The notes under the pieces were generated by a model. It was not told the DNA's origin, did no database searches, and saw only the letters and a list, made by a program, of their open reading frames with translations. DNA of 32,000 nt from Pseudomonas aeruginosa (lineage in GTDB: Bacteria > Pseudomonadota > Gammaproteobacteria > Pseudomonadales > Pseudomonadaceae), in assembly GCF_001457615.1 (NCBI RefSeq), contig NZ_LN831024.1:4890001-4922000 (forward strand), read 5' to 3'. Each line of letters begins with the position of its first letter. The first letter of the stretch is position 1. The position numbers were made by a program, and so were the translations under genes. This document shows positions 7,830 through 16,604 of this stretch, piece after piece.

Positions 7830-9353
7830 ATGGCCGTGATCAAGCAAGACGACCTGATCCAGAGCGTCGCCGATGCCCTGCAGTTCATCTCCTACTACCA
7901 CCCGGTCGATTTCATCCAGGCCATGCATGAGGCCTACCTGCGCGAAGAATCGCCGGCTGCCCGCGACTCCATGGCGCAGATCCTGATCAACTCGCGCATG
8001 TGCGCCACCGGCCACCGCCCGATCTGCCAGGACACCGGGATCGTCACCGTGTTCGTCCGGGTCGGCATGGACGTGCGCTGGGACGGCGCTACCATGAGCG
8101 TCGACGATATGATCAACGAAGGCGTGCGCCGCGCCTACAACCTGCCGGAGAACGTCCTGCGCGCCTCGATCCTGGCCGACCCGGCCGGCGCGCGGAAGAA
8201 CACCAAGGACAACACGCCGGCGGTGATCCACTACTCCATCGTTCCCGGCGACAAGGTCGAGGTCGATGTCGCGGCCAAGGGCGGCGGCTCGGAGAACAAG
8301 TCGAAGATGGCCATGCTCAACCCGTCCGACTCGATCGTCGACTGGGTGCTGAAGACCGTACCGACCATGGGCGCCGGCTGGTGCCCGCCGGGCATGCTCG
8401 GCATCGGCATCGGCGGTACCGCGGAGAAAGCAGCGGTGATGGCGAAGGAGGTCCTCATGGACCCGATCGACATCCACGAACTGAAGGCCCGCGGCCCGCA
8501 GAACCGCATCGAGGAACTGCGCCTGGAGCTGTTCGAGAAGGTCAACCAGCTGGGCATCGGTGCCCAGGGCCTGGGCGGCCTGACCACCGTGCTCGACGTC
8601 AAGATCATGGACTACCCGACCCACGCCGCCTCGCTGCCGGTGTGCATGATCCCCAACTGCGCCGCGACCCGCCACGCCCACTTCGTGCTCGACGGCTCCG
8701 GCCCCGCCGAACTGGAAGCGCCGTCGCTCGACGCCTACCCGGAGATCGTCTGGGAAGCCGGCCCGTCCGCGCGCCGCGTCGACCTGGACAAGATCACCCC
8801 GGAAGAGGTGCAAAGCTGGAAACCGGGCGAGACCCTGCTGCTCAACGGCAAGATGCTCACCGGCCGCGACGCCGCGCACAAGCGCATGGTCGACATGCTG
8901 AACAAGGGCGAAACGCTGCCGGTGGACCTGAAAGGCCGCTTCATCTATTACGTCGGCCCGGTCGATCCGGTCGGCGACGAGGTGGTCGGCCCGGCCGGTC
9001 CCACCACCGCCACCCGGATGGACAAGTTCACCCGCCAGATCCTCGAACAGACCGGCCTGCTGGGCATGATCGGCAAGTCCGAGCGCGGTCCCATCGCCAT
9101 CGAGGCGATCAAGGACAACAAGGCGGTATACCTGATGGCCGTCGGCGGCGCCGCCTACCTGGTCGCCCAGGCGATCAAGAAGTCCAAGGTGCTGGCCTTC
9201 GCCGAACTGGGCATGGAAGCGATCTACGAGTTCGAGGTGAAGGACATGCCGGTCACCGTCGCGGTTGACACCAACGGCGAGTCGGTGCACATCACCGGCC
9301 CGGCGGTCTGGCAGAAGAAGATCGCCGAAAGCCTGGCGGTCGAGGTCAAGTAA
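7830..9353 (+). CDS. fumA: Class I (Fe-S dependent) fumarate hydratase (507 aa)
   Basis: ATG at 7830 with a GAAGAGGA RBS. N-terminal catalytic region with ICQDTGIVTVF, plus the C-terminal beta-type domain (GPTTATRMD, KSERG). It is a full-length fusion typical of class I fumarases. Confidence 0.95.
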   Translation: MAVIKQDDLIQSVADALQFISYYHPVDFIQAMHEAYLREESPAARDSMAQILINSRMCATGHRPICQDTGIVTVFVRVGMDVRWDGATMSVDDMINEGVRRAYNLPENVLRASILADPAGARKNTKDNTPAVIHYSIVPGDKVEVDVAAKGGGSENKSKMAMLNPSDSIVDWVLKTVPTMGAGWCPPGMLGIGIGGTAEKAAVMAKEVLMDPIDIHELKARGPQNRIEELRLELFEKVNQLGIGAQGLGGLTTVLDVKIMDYPTHAASLPVCMIPNCAATRHAHFVLDGSGPAELEAPSLDAYPEIVWEAGPSARRVDLDKITPEEVQSWKPGETLLLNGKMLTGRDAAHKRMVDMLNKGETLPVDLKGRFIYYVGPVDPVGDEVVGPAGPTTATRMDKFTRQILEQTGLLGMIGKSERGPIAIEAIKDNKAVYLMAVGGAAYLVAQAIKKSKVLAFAELGMEAIYEFEVKDMPVTVAVDTNGESVHITGPAVWQKKIAESLAVEVK

Positions 9354-9369
9354 GCCTGCTCCGTCCCTG

Positions 9370-9398
9370 AAAAAGCCCGGCCCCGCGCCGGGCTTTTT
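9370..9398. terminator. Bidirectional rho-independent terminator between fumA and mntH
   Basis: AAAAAGCCCGGC-ccccg-GCCGGGCTTTTT. An 8-bp GC stem (9374-9381 / 9387-9394) is flanked by A5 and T5 tracts, so it can function on both strands. Confidence 0.9.
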
Positions 9399-9449
9399 CG
9401 TACGGCCACTGGCCGGAGCCTGGGCTGGCAGCGCCGCAGGCGCCTTGGT

Positions 9450-10769
9450 TCAGCCGAACCAGAAATACAGCAGGGTCAGGTTCGCCGCCGAGATCAGGCC
9501 GAACAACGACCAGGCCAGCGCGCTGACCCAGCGCGGGTTGACGAACTCCCCCATGAGGCCCCGGTCGCTGCTGAAGCGAATCAGCGGCCACAGGGCGAAC
9601 GGCAATTGCAGGCTGAGCACCACCTGGCTGAGCACCAGCAGCTTGCCTACCGCGCCTTCGCCCAGCCAGAGCACGCCGATCAAGGCCGGCACCAGGGCCA
9701 GGCCGCGGGTGATCAGGCGCCGCTGCCAGCAGGGAATCTTCGCCCGGAGGAAACCCTCCATCACCACCTGCCCGGCAATGGTGCCGGTGAAGGTCGAGCT
9801 CTGCCCCGCCGCCAGCAGGGCGAAGCCGAACAGGAAGCTGGCCAGGGCGCCGCCCACCAACGGGTCGAGCAGGTGGTAGGCGTCCTGGATCTCCACCACC
9901 TCGGTATGGCCGCTACCGTGGAAAGCCGCGGCGGCGAGGATCAGGATCGCCGCATTGACCAGCAGCGCCAGGGACAGCGAGCCGATGGTGTCGAGCCGGG
10001 AAAAGCGGATCGCCGAGCGTTTGCTCGCCGCGTCGTCGCCGCTGACCCGGGTCTGCACCACGGACGAATGCAGGTAGAGGTTGTGCGGCATCACCGTCGC
10101 GCCGAGGATGCCGATCGCCAGGTACAGCGGCTCCTGGCTGCTCAGGGTGTCCCAGGACGGCCGCAAGCCGGCGGCGACATCCGGCCAGTAGGGGCCGATC
10201 AGCACCAGTTCGACGAAGAAACACGCGCCGATGGTCGCGATCAGCCCCAGCACTATGGCCTCCAGGCGGCGGAAGTTGGCGCCCTGCAGGGCCAGCACGA
10301 TCAGGGTATCGAAGGCGGTGAGGACCACCCCGGTGGTAATCGAGACTCCCAGCAGCAGGTGGAAGGCCAGCGCCGCGCCGAGCACCTCGGCAAGGTCGGT
10401 AGCGACGATCGACAGTTCCGCCAGCAGCCATTGGCCACGCGCCACGCCAGGGCGGTAGCGCTCCCGGGAGAGCTGCGCGAGGTCGCGGCCGGTGGCGATG
10501 CCCAGGCGCGAACAGAGGCTTTGCAGGAGCATCCCGGAAAAGCTCGCCAGCACCACTACGAACAGCAGCGCGTAGCCGAAGCGCGAGCCCGCCTCGATGG
10601 CGGTGGCCCAGTTGCCGGGGTCCATGTAGCCGACCGAGACCAGCAGGCCGGGGCCGATGAACAGCGCCAGCTTGCGCAGCGGCGAGGCGTCGGCCGGCAC
10701 CGCCACGCTGTGGCTGACCGCCGAGGGACAGAACGGCGCGGTGGCCGTGGTGGGCAGGGAGTATTTCAC
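9450..10769 (-). CDS. mntH: NRAMP-family divalent metal (Mn2+/Fe2+):H+ symporter (439 aa)
   Basis: GYMDPGNWAT (DPGN motif) and about 11 hydrophobic segments. The start is GTG at 10769 with no obvious SD. TGA stop at 9450-9452. Confidence 0.9.
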   Translation of the reverse strand: MKYSLPTTATAPFCPSAVSHSVAVPADASPLRKLALFIGPGLLVSVGYMDPGNWATAIEAGSRFGYALLFVVVLASFSGMLLQSLCSRLGIATGRDLAQLSRERYRPGVARGQWLLAELSIVATDLAEVLGAALAFHLLLGVSITTGVVLTAFDTLIVLALQGANFRRLEAIVLGLIATIGACFFVELVLIGPYWPDVAAGLRPSWDTLSSQEPLYLAIGILGATVMPHNLYLHSSVVQTRVSGDDAASKRSAIRFSRLDTIGSLSLALLVNAAILILAAAAFHGSGHTEVVEIQDAYHLLDPLVGGALASFLFGFALLAAGQSSTFTGTIAGQVVMEGFLRAKIPCWQRRLITRGLALVPALIGVLWLGEGAVGKLLVLSQVVLSLQLPFALWPLIRFSSDRGLMGEFVNPRWVSALAWSLFGLISAANLTLLYFWFG

Positions 10770-10789
10770 GAGGCGACGCCGGATCGGGG

Positions 10790-10838
10790 GAGGAAGTGCG
10801 ACCAGCCTAAACGTTTCACCCCGGTCGCGTCTTCCCTC
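10790..10838 (-). other. Imperfect long stem-loop in the RHH-gene/mntH intercistronic leader
   Basis: On the minus strand the sequence reads GAGGGAAG-ac-GCGACC-[19-nt loop]-GGTCGC-a-CTTCCTC. No U-tract follows. It lies 21 nt upstream of the mntH GTG. Confidence 0.4.
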
Positions 10839-10841
10839 GCC

Positions 10842-11150
10842 TCAGGCCTGGGCGCGCTGGCCGACCAGGCTCAGCTCGGCGACTTTCTCGCGCCGCTGCG
10901 CCAGGTAGCGGGTGCAACTGACACGCAGGAAGGAGGCGAAGTTGAGCACCTCGCCGCGATAGTCCATCACTTCCTCGTAGAGATTGGTGATCAACTGGTT
11001 GGTGCTCAGGCCCTCGCCTTCGGCGATTTCCCGGAGGATGTCCCAGAACTGGTTCTCCAGGCGCAGGGTGGTCACCACCCCGCGGATGCGCAAGGAACGC
11101 GAGCGCGATTCATAGAGGATCGGATCGGCTTTCACATAGAGTTCGCACAT
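10842..11150 (-). CDS. Ribbon-helix-helix (RHH_4-like) domain protein (102 aa)
   Basis: ATG at 11150. SLRIRGVVTTLRLENQFWDILREIAEGEGLSTNQLITNLYEE...NFASFLRVSCTRYL matches the RHH_4 pattern as I recall it. The longer N-terminus in the track is Arg/Pro/Gly junk overlapping the upstream gene. Confidence 0.7.
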   Translation of the reverse strand: MCELYVKADPILYESRSRSLRIRGVVTTLRLENQFWDILREIAEGEGLSTNQLITNLYEEVMDYRGEVLNFASFLRVSCTRYLAQRREKVAELSLVGQRAQA

Positions 11151-11170
11151 GCGCGGGGGTCTCCTGTGTC

Positions 11171-11752
11171 TCAGTGGCTGATGCGGGTGCCGAGCGCCTC
11201 GAGGAAGCGCGCCAGCCACGCCGGATGCGCCGGCCAGGCCGGCGCGGTAACCAGGTGACCGTCGACGTGGGCCTGGTCCGGCGGAAGGTCGACGTACTCG
11301 CCGCCGGCCAGCCGCACCTCCGGGGCGCAGGCCGGATAGGCGCTGCACGCCCGCCCTTGCAGGACGCCGGCGGCGGCCAGCAGCTGGGCGCCATGGCAGA
11401 CCGCGGCGATCGGCTTGCGCGCGGCGTCGAAGTCACGCACCAGAGCCAGCACCTGCTCGTTCAGGCGCAGGTATTCGGGGGCGCGGCCGCCGGGGATCAG
11501 CAGGGCATCGTAATCCTCGGCGCGGGCCTGGGCAAAGTCGGCATTGAGGGTGAAGTTGTGGCCCGGCTTCTCGCTGTAGGTCTGGTCGCCTTCGAAATCG
11601 TGGATGGCGGTGCGCACGCTTTGCCCGGCCCGCTTGTCCGGACACACCGCATGCACCTGGTGGCCCACCATCTGCAGGGCCTGGAACGGGACCATGGTTT
11701 CGTAGTCTTCGGCATAGTCGCCGACCAGCATCAGGATCTTCTTCGCAGCCAT
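11171..11752 (-). CDS. DJ-1/PfpI family protein (193 aa)
   Basis: ATG at 11752 with an AAGGAG RBS 8 nt upstream. Nucleophile elbow [21 protein letters not shown] and [12 protein letters not shown] are typical of YhbO/PfpI-class proteins. Confidence 0.85.
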   Translation of the reverse strand: MAAKKILMLVGDYAEDYETMVPFQALQMVGHQVHAVCPDKRAGQSVRTAIHDFEGDQTYSEKPGHNFTLNADFAQARAEDYDALLIPGGRAPEYLRLNEQVLALVRDFDAARKPIAAVCHGAQLLAAAGVLQGRACSAYPACAPEVRLAGGEYVDLPPDQAHVDGHLVTAPAWPAHPAWLARFLEALGTRISH

Positions 11753-11858
11753 CACGCGCACTCCTTCGGGCAGGGCCCGGTCATACCGGGGATGCACCTA
11801 AGGTAGCCAATCCGCAGGGGGACGCGGGTAATAGACGGTTACTACACGCGTGCTGGGT

Positions 11859-12470
11859 TCAGATGCCGATCTTGTCCAGGGCCCGCCCGACGCCTTCCCA
11901 GAACGAGCGCTGCACGCGTTTCCGGTAGCCGCTGGCGGCGAACTGCATGGGCTCCTGAACCTGGTGGGTAGCGCCGATTTCCGCAGCGCCGAGATCGGCC
12001 GCCACCAATTGCAGCGGGCCATCGCCCTCACCCGCCGGGTGCTCGCTCTTCGGTGGCGGGTTGAGTTCGTCGTAGCGCAGGTAGTAGACCGAGCCGGCCC
12101 TGGCCTCGAGCATGAAGCTGGCGATGCGGGTGAAATCCATCGGACCGTCGGCGAACAGGGTCCAGAAGCTGCCCGCCAGCGGCCGGCGCATTTCCAGCTT
12201 GTAGCTGCCGGTCTCGAACTCGAACGCCAGGTAGCCGTTGCTCGGTAGGCTGCCGATCAGTTCGTTGTTGAGGAAGATCCCCGGCGCCTCGAGTTCCTCG
12301 TCCGCCCACTGGCTCCGCGGACGGTAGAGGTAGACGGTGGCGTGGCTGGCATCGGCGCTCGGATGGGCGACGAAGGCCGGTCCGTCCACCGCACCGAAGA
12401 ACGCGCCGGGCGTGCTGCAGCCGACCAGGCTCGCGACGATCGACAGGGCCAGCGACAGGCTGCGCAGCAT
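11859..12470 (-). CDS. DUF2846-like lipoprotein (203 aa)
   Basis: Lipobox SLVG|C. VYLYRPRS...GIFLNNELIGSLPSNGYLAFEFETGSYKLEM resembles the DUF2846 fold signature. Confidence 0.7.
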   Translation of the reverse strand: MLRSLSLALSIVASLVGCSTPGAFFGAVDGPAFVAHPSADASHATVYLYRPRSQWADEELEAPGIFLNNELIGSLPSNGYLAFEFETGSYKLEMRRPLAGSFWTLFADGPMDFTRIASFMLEARAGSVYYLRYDELNPPPKSEHPAGEGDGPLQLVAADLGAAEIGATHQVQEPMQFAASGYRKRVQRSFWEGVGRALDKIGI

Positions 12471-12563
12471 GCTCCATCCCTCTTCTTATGGTTATCCGCG
12501 CAGCATAACCAGCCGGGCCGGGCCTGCCACCCGTCGAAAGTCCGGTTCTCCGGGAGAACGGCC

Positions 12564-13862
12564 TCAGGCCGGGCGCGGCACCTTGGCCAGCGCCGGCGCC
12601 GGCATCAGCCGGCGCACCAGCCACTTGCGCACCGGCACCACGCCGCGCTCCTGGAACAGCACGCAGAACGCCACCAGCAGGACCAGGAACAGCGGGTAGT
12701 AGAGCAGCGACGATGGCAGCGCGGCCGCCGCCTCGGTGCAGGCGCGCCAGTCGTCGAGACAACGCCCCGGCACGGCGATAAGGCGCTCGCTACGGGAGAA
12801 CAGGGTGAACATCGGCACATGCAGGGCGAACAGCGACAGCGAGGCGGCCCCCAGGCGCGGCGACCAGTGGCGGACGAAAGCGCTCTTCGGGTCGGCGGGC
12901 AGCGCGCAAAGGCACACCAGCAGCAACTGGGCCGGCAGCAGCAGGCCGTTGTGCAGCAGGAAGTACCAATGTTTGGCGCCCTGGGTGAACAGGTAGTCGG
13001 CCACCAGGAAGGCCGCCACCACCAGCGCCACCAGCGCGGCCAGCAGGCCGCGTCCCGGCACCATGCCACGGTCGCGGTAGCCGCGGAACAACCCGTAGGC
13101 CAGGATGCCGCCAAGGAATTCCGGCAGGCGCAGCAACGGATTGCGGTGCAGCAGGCCGGTCCAGGGGATCCCGTAGCTCTCGCTGGCCACTACCAGCGCC
13201 GGCGGGATCAGGTAGACCAGCCAGACCAGCGCCAGCACCTTCCACTTGTGCCGGCTGCGCATCAGCCGCGGGGCGACGAAGGGAAACGCCAGGTAGAAGA
13301 ACATCAGCGTCGACAGCGACCACAACGGCGCGTTGAAGGTCAGGTAATAGGGATTCCAGGCCTGCAGCAGGAGGATCTGCAGGATGCTGTTGACGAACAG
13401 TTCGGTGTTGCTCATCCAGTGCAGGAAGAGTTCCGGGTGGGTGCGGCCGAGCACTTCGTTGGTGTCGTAGATGACGAAGCGCGGGGTGGCCTTGTCCAGC
13501 TCGGGACCGATTCCCAGGTGGCTGAGGGCCAGCAACACCAGGATCGACAGCAGCAGGGAGAACAGGTGCAACGGATAGAGATTGGACAGTCGCTTGGTCC
13601 AGAAACTGCGGGCGCTTTCGCGCAACCGGCCGCTGCGTGCGTAAACATGGGCCAGGAGGAAGCCGGAAAGCACGAAGAAGGTACTGGTGGCGAAGAACCC
13701 CAGGCTGGTCAGTTCGTCGAGACCGGGAAACTTCTGCTCTTTCGGATAGGTATGCAGGGTGTGGTACACCACCACGTACAGGCCGAGCAGGAAGCGCAAC
13801 CATTCCAGTCCGATGAAACGTTCCTTGGAGTCGGGCGTTGCCACGCATCTCTCCTTTGTCAT
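12564..13862 (-). CDS. Integral-membrane acyltransferase (acyltransferase_3 / OafA-like family, about 432 aa)
   Basis: LEWLRFLLGLYVVVYH is the typical N-terminal motif of the family, and about 10 hydrophobic segments follow. The start is ambiguous. The first ATG is at 13862 with a weak RBS. GTG at 13844 has a strong AAGGAG RBS 6 nt upstream. The track start at 13904 is TTG. Confidence 0.8.
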   Translation of the reverse strand: MTKERCVATPDSKERFIGLEWLRFLLGLYVVVYHTLHTYPKEQKFPGLDELTSLGFFATSTFFVLSGFLLAHVYARSGRLRESARSFWTKRLSNLYPLHLFSLLLSILVLLALSHLGIGPELDKATPRFVIYDTNEVLGRTHPELFLHWMSNTELFVNSILQILLLQAWNPYYLTFNAPLWSLSTLMFFYLAFPFVAPRLMRSRHKWKVLALVWLVYLIPPALVVASESYGIPWTGLLHRNPLLRLPEFLGGILAYGLFRGYRDRGMVPGRGLLAALVALVVAAFLVADYLFTQGAKHWYFLLHNGLLLPAQLLLVCLCALPADPKSAFVRHWSPRLGAASLSLFALHVPMFTLFSRSERLIAVPGRCLDDWRACTEAAAALPSSLLYYPLFLVLLVAFCVLFQERGVVPVRKWLVRRLMPAPALAKVPRPA

Positions 13863-13943
13863 TGTAATGGGCGGTCCGGGGTAGACCCGCAAGCTCCCCG
13901 GCAAGTTTCACCGGGCCGGCCAGCGGCTACGAACGGCCGCTCC

Positions 13944-15101
13944 CTAGCGCCGGCGGTCGAGGAAATTCACCACTACCCGGTCAAGCCAACCCCACAGGCG
14001 CTGGTGCAGGCGCATCCACAGGGGTCGCGCGCGCCACATCGCCAGGGTCACCTCGCGGCTGTCGGCGAAGTCCGCCAGCAGGCTCGCCGCCGCCTCATTG
14101 GTGAAGTCCGGGTCGAGGGCCTCGAGATTGGCGTCGAGGTTGAAGCGTAGATTCCAATGATCGAAGTTGCAGGAGCCGACGCTCACCCAATCGTCGACCA
14201 TGACCATCTTCAGGTGCAGGAAGCGCGGCTGGTATTCGTGGATGCGCACGCCGGCGCGCAGCAGGCGCGGGTAGTAGCGCTGCCCGGCATAGCGCACCGG
14301 GGCGTGGTCGGTGAGCCGCCCGGCCAGCAGCAGGCGCACCTCCACGCCGCGCTGGGCGGCCTTGCGCAGGGCCCGGCGAACCTTCCAGGTCGGCAGGAAG
14401 TACGGCGTCGCCAGCCAGATCCGTCGGCGCGAGCCGTTCAGCGCGCGGACCAGCGATTGCAGGATGTCGCGGTGCTGGCGGGCGTCGGCGTAGGCCACCC
14501 GGCCCAACCCACGGGCCGCCCCCGGCTGCGGCGGAAGGCGGGTAAGGGTCATGCCCTCGCGGGGCTTCCAGGCTTTCTCTTCGAGACAGGCCAGCCATTG
14601 CCGTTCGAACAGCGCCGCCCAGTCCGCCACCACCGGGCCGTCCATCTCGACCATCACCTCGCGCCAGGCGCTGACGTCGCTGACCGGTTCCCAGAATTCG
14701 TCGGTGATCCCGGCGCCGCCGACATAACCGAGGCGCCCGTCCACCAGCAGCAGCTTGCGATGGTCGCGGTAGAGATTGCCGCCAGTCAGCTTCCAGCGCA
14801 GCGGGTTGTACAGCCGCAGTTCGCCGCCGGCCTCGCGCAGGCGCTGGATCCAGGCGCTGCCCAGGCCGAGGCAGCCGAAGCCGTCGAACAGGCAGCGCAC
14901 GGCGACGCCCCGGCGGCGGGCATCCAGCAGGGCGACGAGAAACAGTTCGGCGCAATGCCCGTCTTCCACCAGGTACAGCTCCAGCTCGATGCTCCGCTGC
15001 GCCGCCTCGATGGCCAGCAGCATGCGCGGGAAGAACCGCACGCCGTCATTGAGCAGGGCGAAGCGGTTGTCGCTGCGCCAGGGAAAGACCGGGCCGCTCA
15101 C
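13944..15101 (-). CDS. Phospholipase D superfamily enzyme with two HKD motifs, ClsB-like, no TM or signal peptide (385 aa)
   Basis: HKD motifs are HRKLLLVD..GGAGITDE and HLKMVMVD..GSCNFD. The GTG start at 15101 overlaps the upstream gene's TGA (GTGA). Confidence 0.85.
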   Translation of the reverse strand: MSGPVFPWRSDNRFALLNDGVRFFPRMLLAIEAAQRSIELELYLVEDGHCAELFLVALLDARRRGVAVRCLFDGFGCLGLGSAWIQRLREAGGELRLYNPLRWKLTGGNLYRDHRKLLLVDGRLGYVGGAGITDEFWEPVSDVSAWREVMVEMDGPVVADWAALFERQWLACLEEKAWKPREGMTLTRLPPQPGAARGLGRVAYADARQHRDILQSLVRALNGSRRRIWLATPYFLPTWKVRRALRKAAQRGVEVRLLLAGRLTDHAPVRYAGQRYYPRLLRAGVRIHEYQPRFLHLKMVMVDDWVSVGSCNFDHWNLRFNLDANLEALDPDFTNEAAASLLADFADSREVTLAMWRARPLWMRLHQRLWGWLDRVVVNFLDRRR

Positions 15102-15670
15102 CGCGAAGTGAAGATCAGCACGGCGCCGACCGGCACCGAGAGCCCGATGCTGCCGGCGCCGGCCAGCTTGCGCAGGGTCTCGATGCCGGGGGCGAGGTCG
15201 AAGTCGGCGGCGTCCAGCACCAGCGGCGACAGGGTCACCACCTGGAAGCGATGCTCGTCCAGGCGGGTCACCAACAGGTCGCTGGCGTAGCTCTTGCGCT
15301 TGCCATGCAGGCTGACGGTCACCGGCTGGCGCATTTCCAGTTGCACGCCGTCGGCCAGCTCGACGATCGGCGCCAGGTCGAGCTGGGCGGTGATCTCCGC
15401 CTCGGCGAAGCGCTTGGTCTCGAACAGATGCTCGCGGATGCGTTCGTCGCGCAGCGGGATGTCGGTGCTCACCGAGTCCAGCTCGACGCGCAGGCGCGCC
15501 TGGCCCTTGTCGTCGACCTTGCCGTGCATGACCAGGAAGCGGCCGACTTCCGAAAGGGTAGCGTTCTTGGTGGAGATGAAACTGAGTCGCGACGACTCGT
15601 AGTCCAGGTACCAGGCGGCCTGGACCGGCAAGGCCAGGAGGGCCAGGCCGAGGCAGATCAACTTGTGCAT
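15098..15670 (-). CDS. YceI-like periplasmic (lipid/polyisoprenoid-binding fold) protein (190 aa)
   Basis: ATG at 15670 (MHKLICLGLALLALPVQA signal peptide) with a GGGAG RBS. The YceI-type pattern is S.L.F...K......G.F....G.... together with LRDERIREHLFETKRFAEA. Confidence 0.8.
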   Translation of the reverse strand: MHKLICLGLALLALPVQAAWYLDYESSRLSFISTKNATLSEVGRFLVMHGKVDDKGQARLRVELDSVSTDIPLRDERIREHLFETKRFAEAEITAQLDLAPIVELADGVQLEMRQPVTVSLHGKRKSYASDLLVTRLDEHRFQVVTLSPLVLDAADFDLAPGIETLRKLAGAGSIGLSVPVGAVLIFTSR

Positions 15671-15734
15671 GCGGGCTCCCTTTGCGTCCGGCGCCACCTT
15701 AAACCGGCCGCCTGGGAGCAGGCAAACTCCCGCG

Positions 15735-16505
15735 TCAGTCGAGCGCGTGCTGCAACTGACTGACGGTATCGGCCAGGGTTCCCAGGTGCCGGCGGCGCAC
15801 CCGTTCGACGCAATCCTGGTCGCGCGGCCAGTGCAGCGCCACGCTGCCGAGCAGGCGACCCTGGGCGCGTACCGGCAAGGCCACCGCGCGGATCAGGAAC
15901 GGCAGGCGCACCGGATACTCCCAGTGTCCCTCGGTACGCTCGCCGTAGCCCTGGCCGTGGGCCTGCTCGCGGGTGCGCAACCAGAGGTCCTCGTCTACCT
16001 GGTGCTGGCGCGCCAGGCGGCGCACCTCGCTGTCTGCCAGTTCGCCCAGGCAGGCCTTGCCCATGGCCGAATGGAACAGGCTGGCGTGCTGGCCGACCAC
16101 CAGCCGGTTGGCCGGGTAGCGCTTGCGCAGGACGCCGGGCACCGAGCTTTCCGCCACCAGCAGGCGGTCGCCGTCGAGAATCGACAAATCGGCGACCAGC
16201 CCGGTGCGCTCGCTCAACTCCACCAGCAGCGGCGCGGAACGCTCCACCATCTGGCAGCGGAAGCGCTCGGCGGCGTCACCGTAGAGGCGGGTGGAACGCA
16301 GCCGGTAGCGCCGGTCGGTCAAGCCGCGGTACAGCCAGCCCTGCTCCAGCAGGGTATGCAGCAGCCGCGACACCGTGGCCTTGGGCAGTTCGGTCAGGTA
16401 ATGCAGTTCCTCGAGCCCCAGCGCCTGGTGCTGGCCCAGCAGATCGAGGATCGCCAGCGCCCGCTCCACCGAACGCACGGTTCCCGCCTCTTCTCTTTCC
16501 GGCAT
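15735..16505 (-). CDS. IclR-family transcriptional regulator (256 aa)
   Basis: N-terminal wHTH (SVERALAILDLLGQHQALGLEELHYLTELPKATVSRLLHTL) followed by an IclR effector-binding domain. Confidence 0.9.
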   Translation of the reverse strand: MPEREEAGTVRSVERALAILDLLGQHQALGLEELHYLTELPKATVSRLLHTLLEQGWLYRGLTDRRYRLRSTRLYGDAAERFRCQMVERSAPLLVELSERTGLVADLSILDGDRLLVAESSVPGVLRKRYPANRLVVGQHASLFHSAMGKACLGELADSEVRRLARQHQVDEDLWLRTREQAHGQGYGERTEGHWEYPVRLPFLIRAVALPVRAQGRLLGSVALHWPRDQDCVERVRRRHLGTLADTVSQLQHALD

Positions 16506-16604
16506 GACGACACCTCCACCGTCGACAGACCGTTATGGCAAAGCAAGATGCAGGCCCAGGTCATGTAGGAAGAATCTGCGAATACGCCAGCATTGCTCCG
16601 CGGC

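Noticed and set aside
11827-11845. An AT-richer segment, GGTAATAGACGGTTACTAC, upstream of the DJ-1/RHH/mntH cluster, considered as a Fur or MntR box.
   Set aside because: Only about 6 of 19 positions match the Fur consensus GATAATGATAATCATTATC. It has no dyad symmetry and no resemblance to the MntR operators I know.
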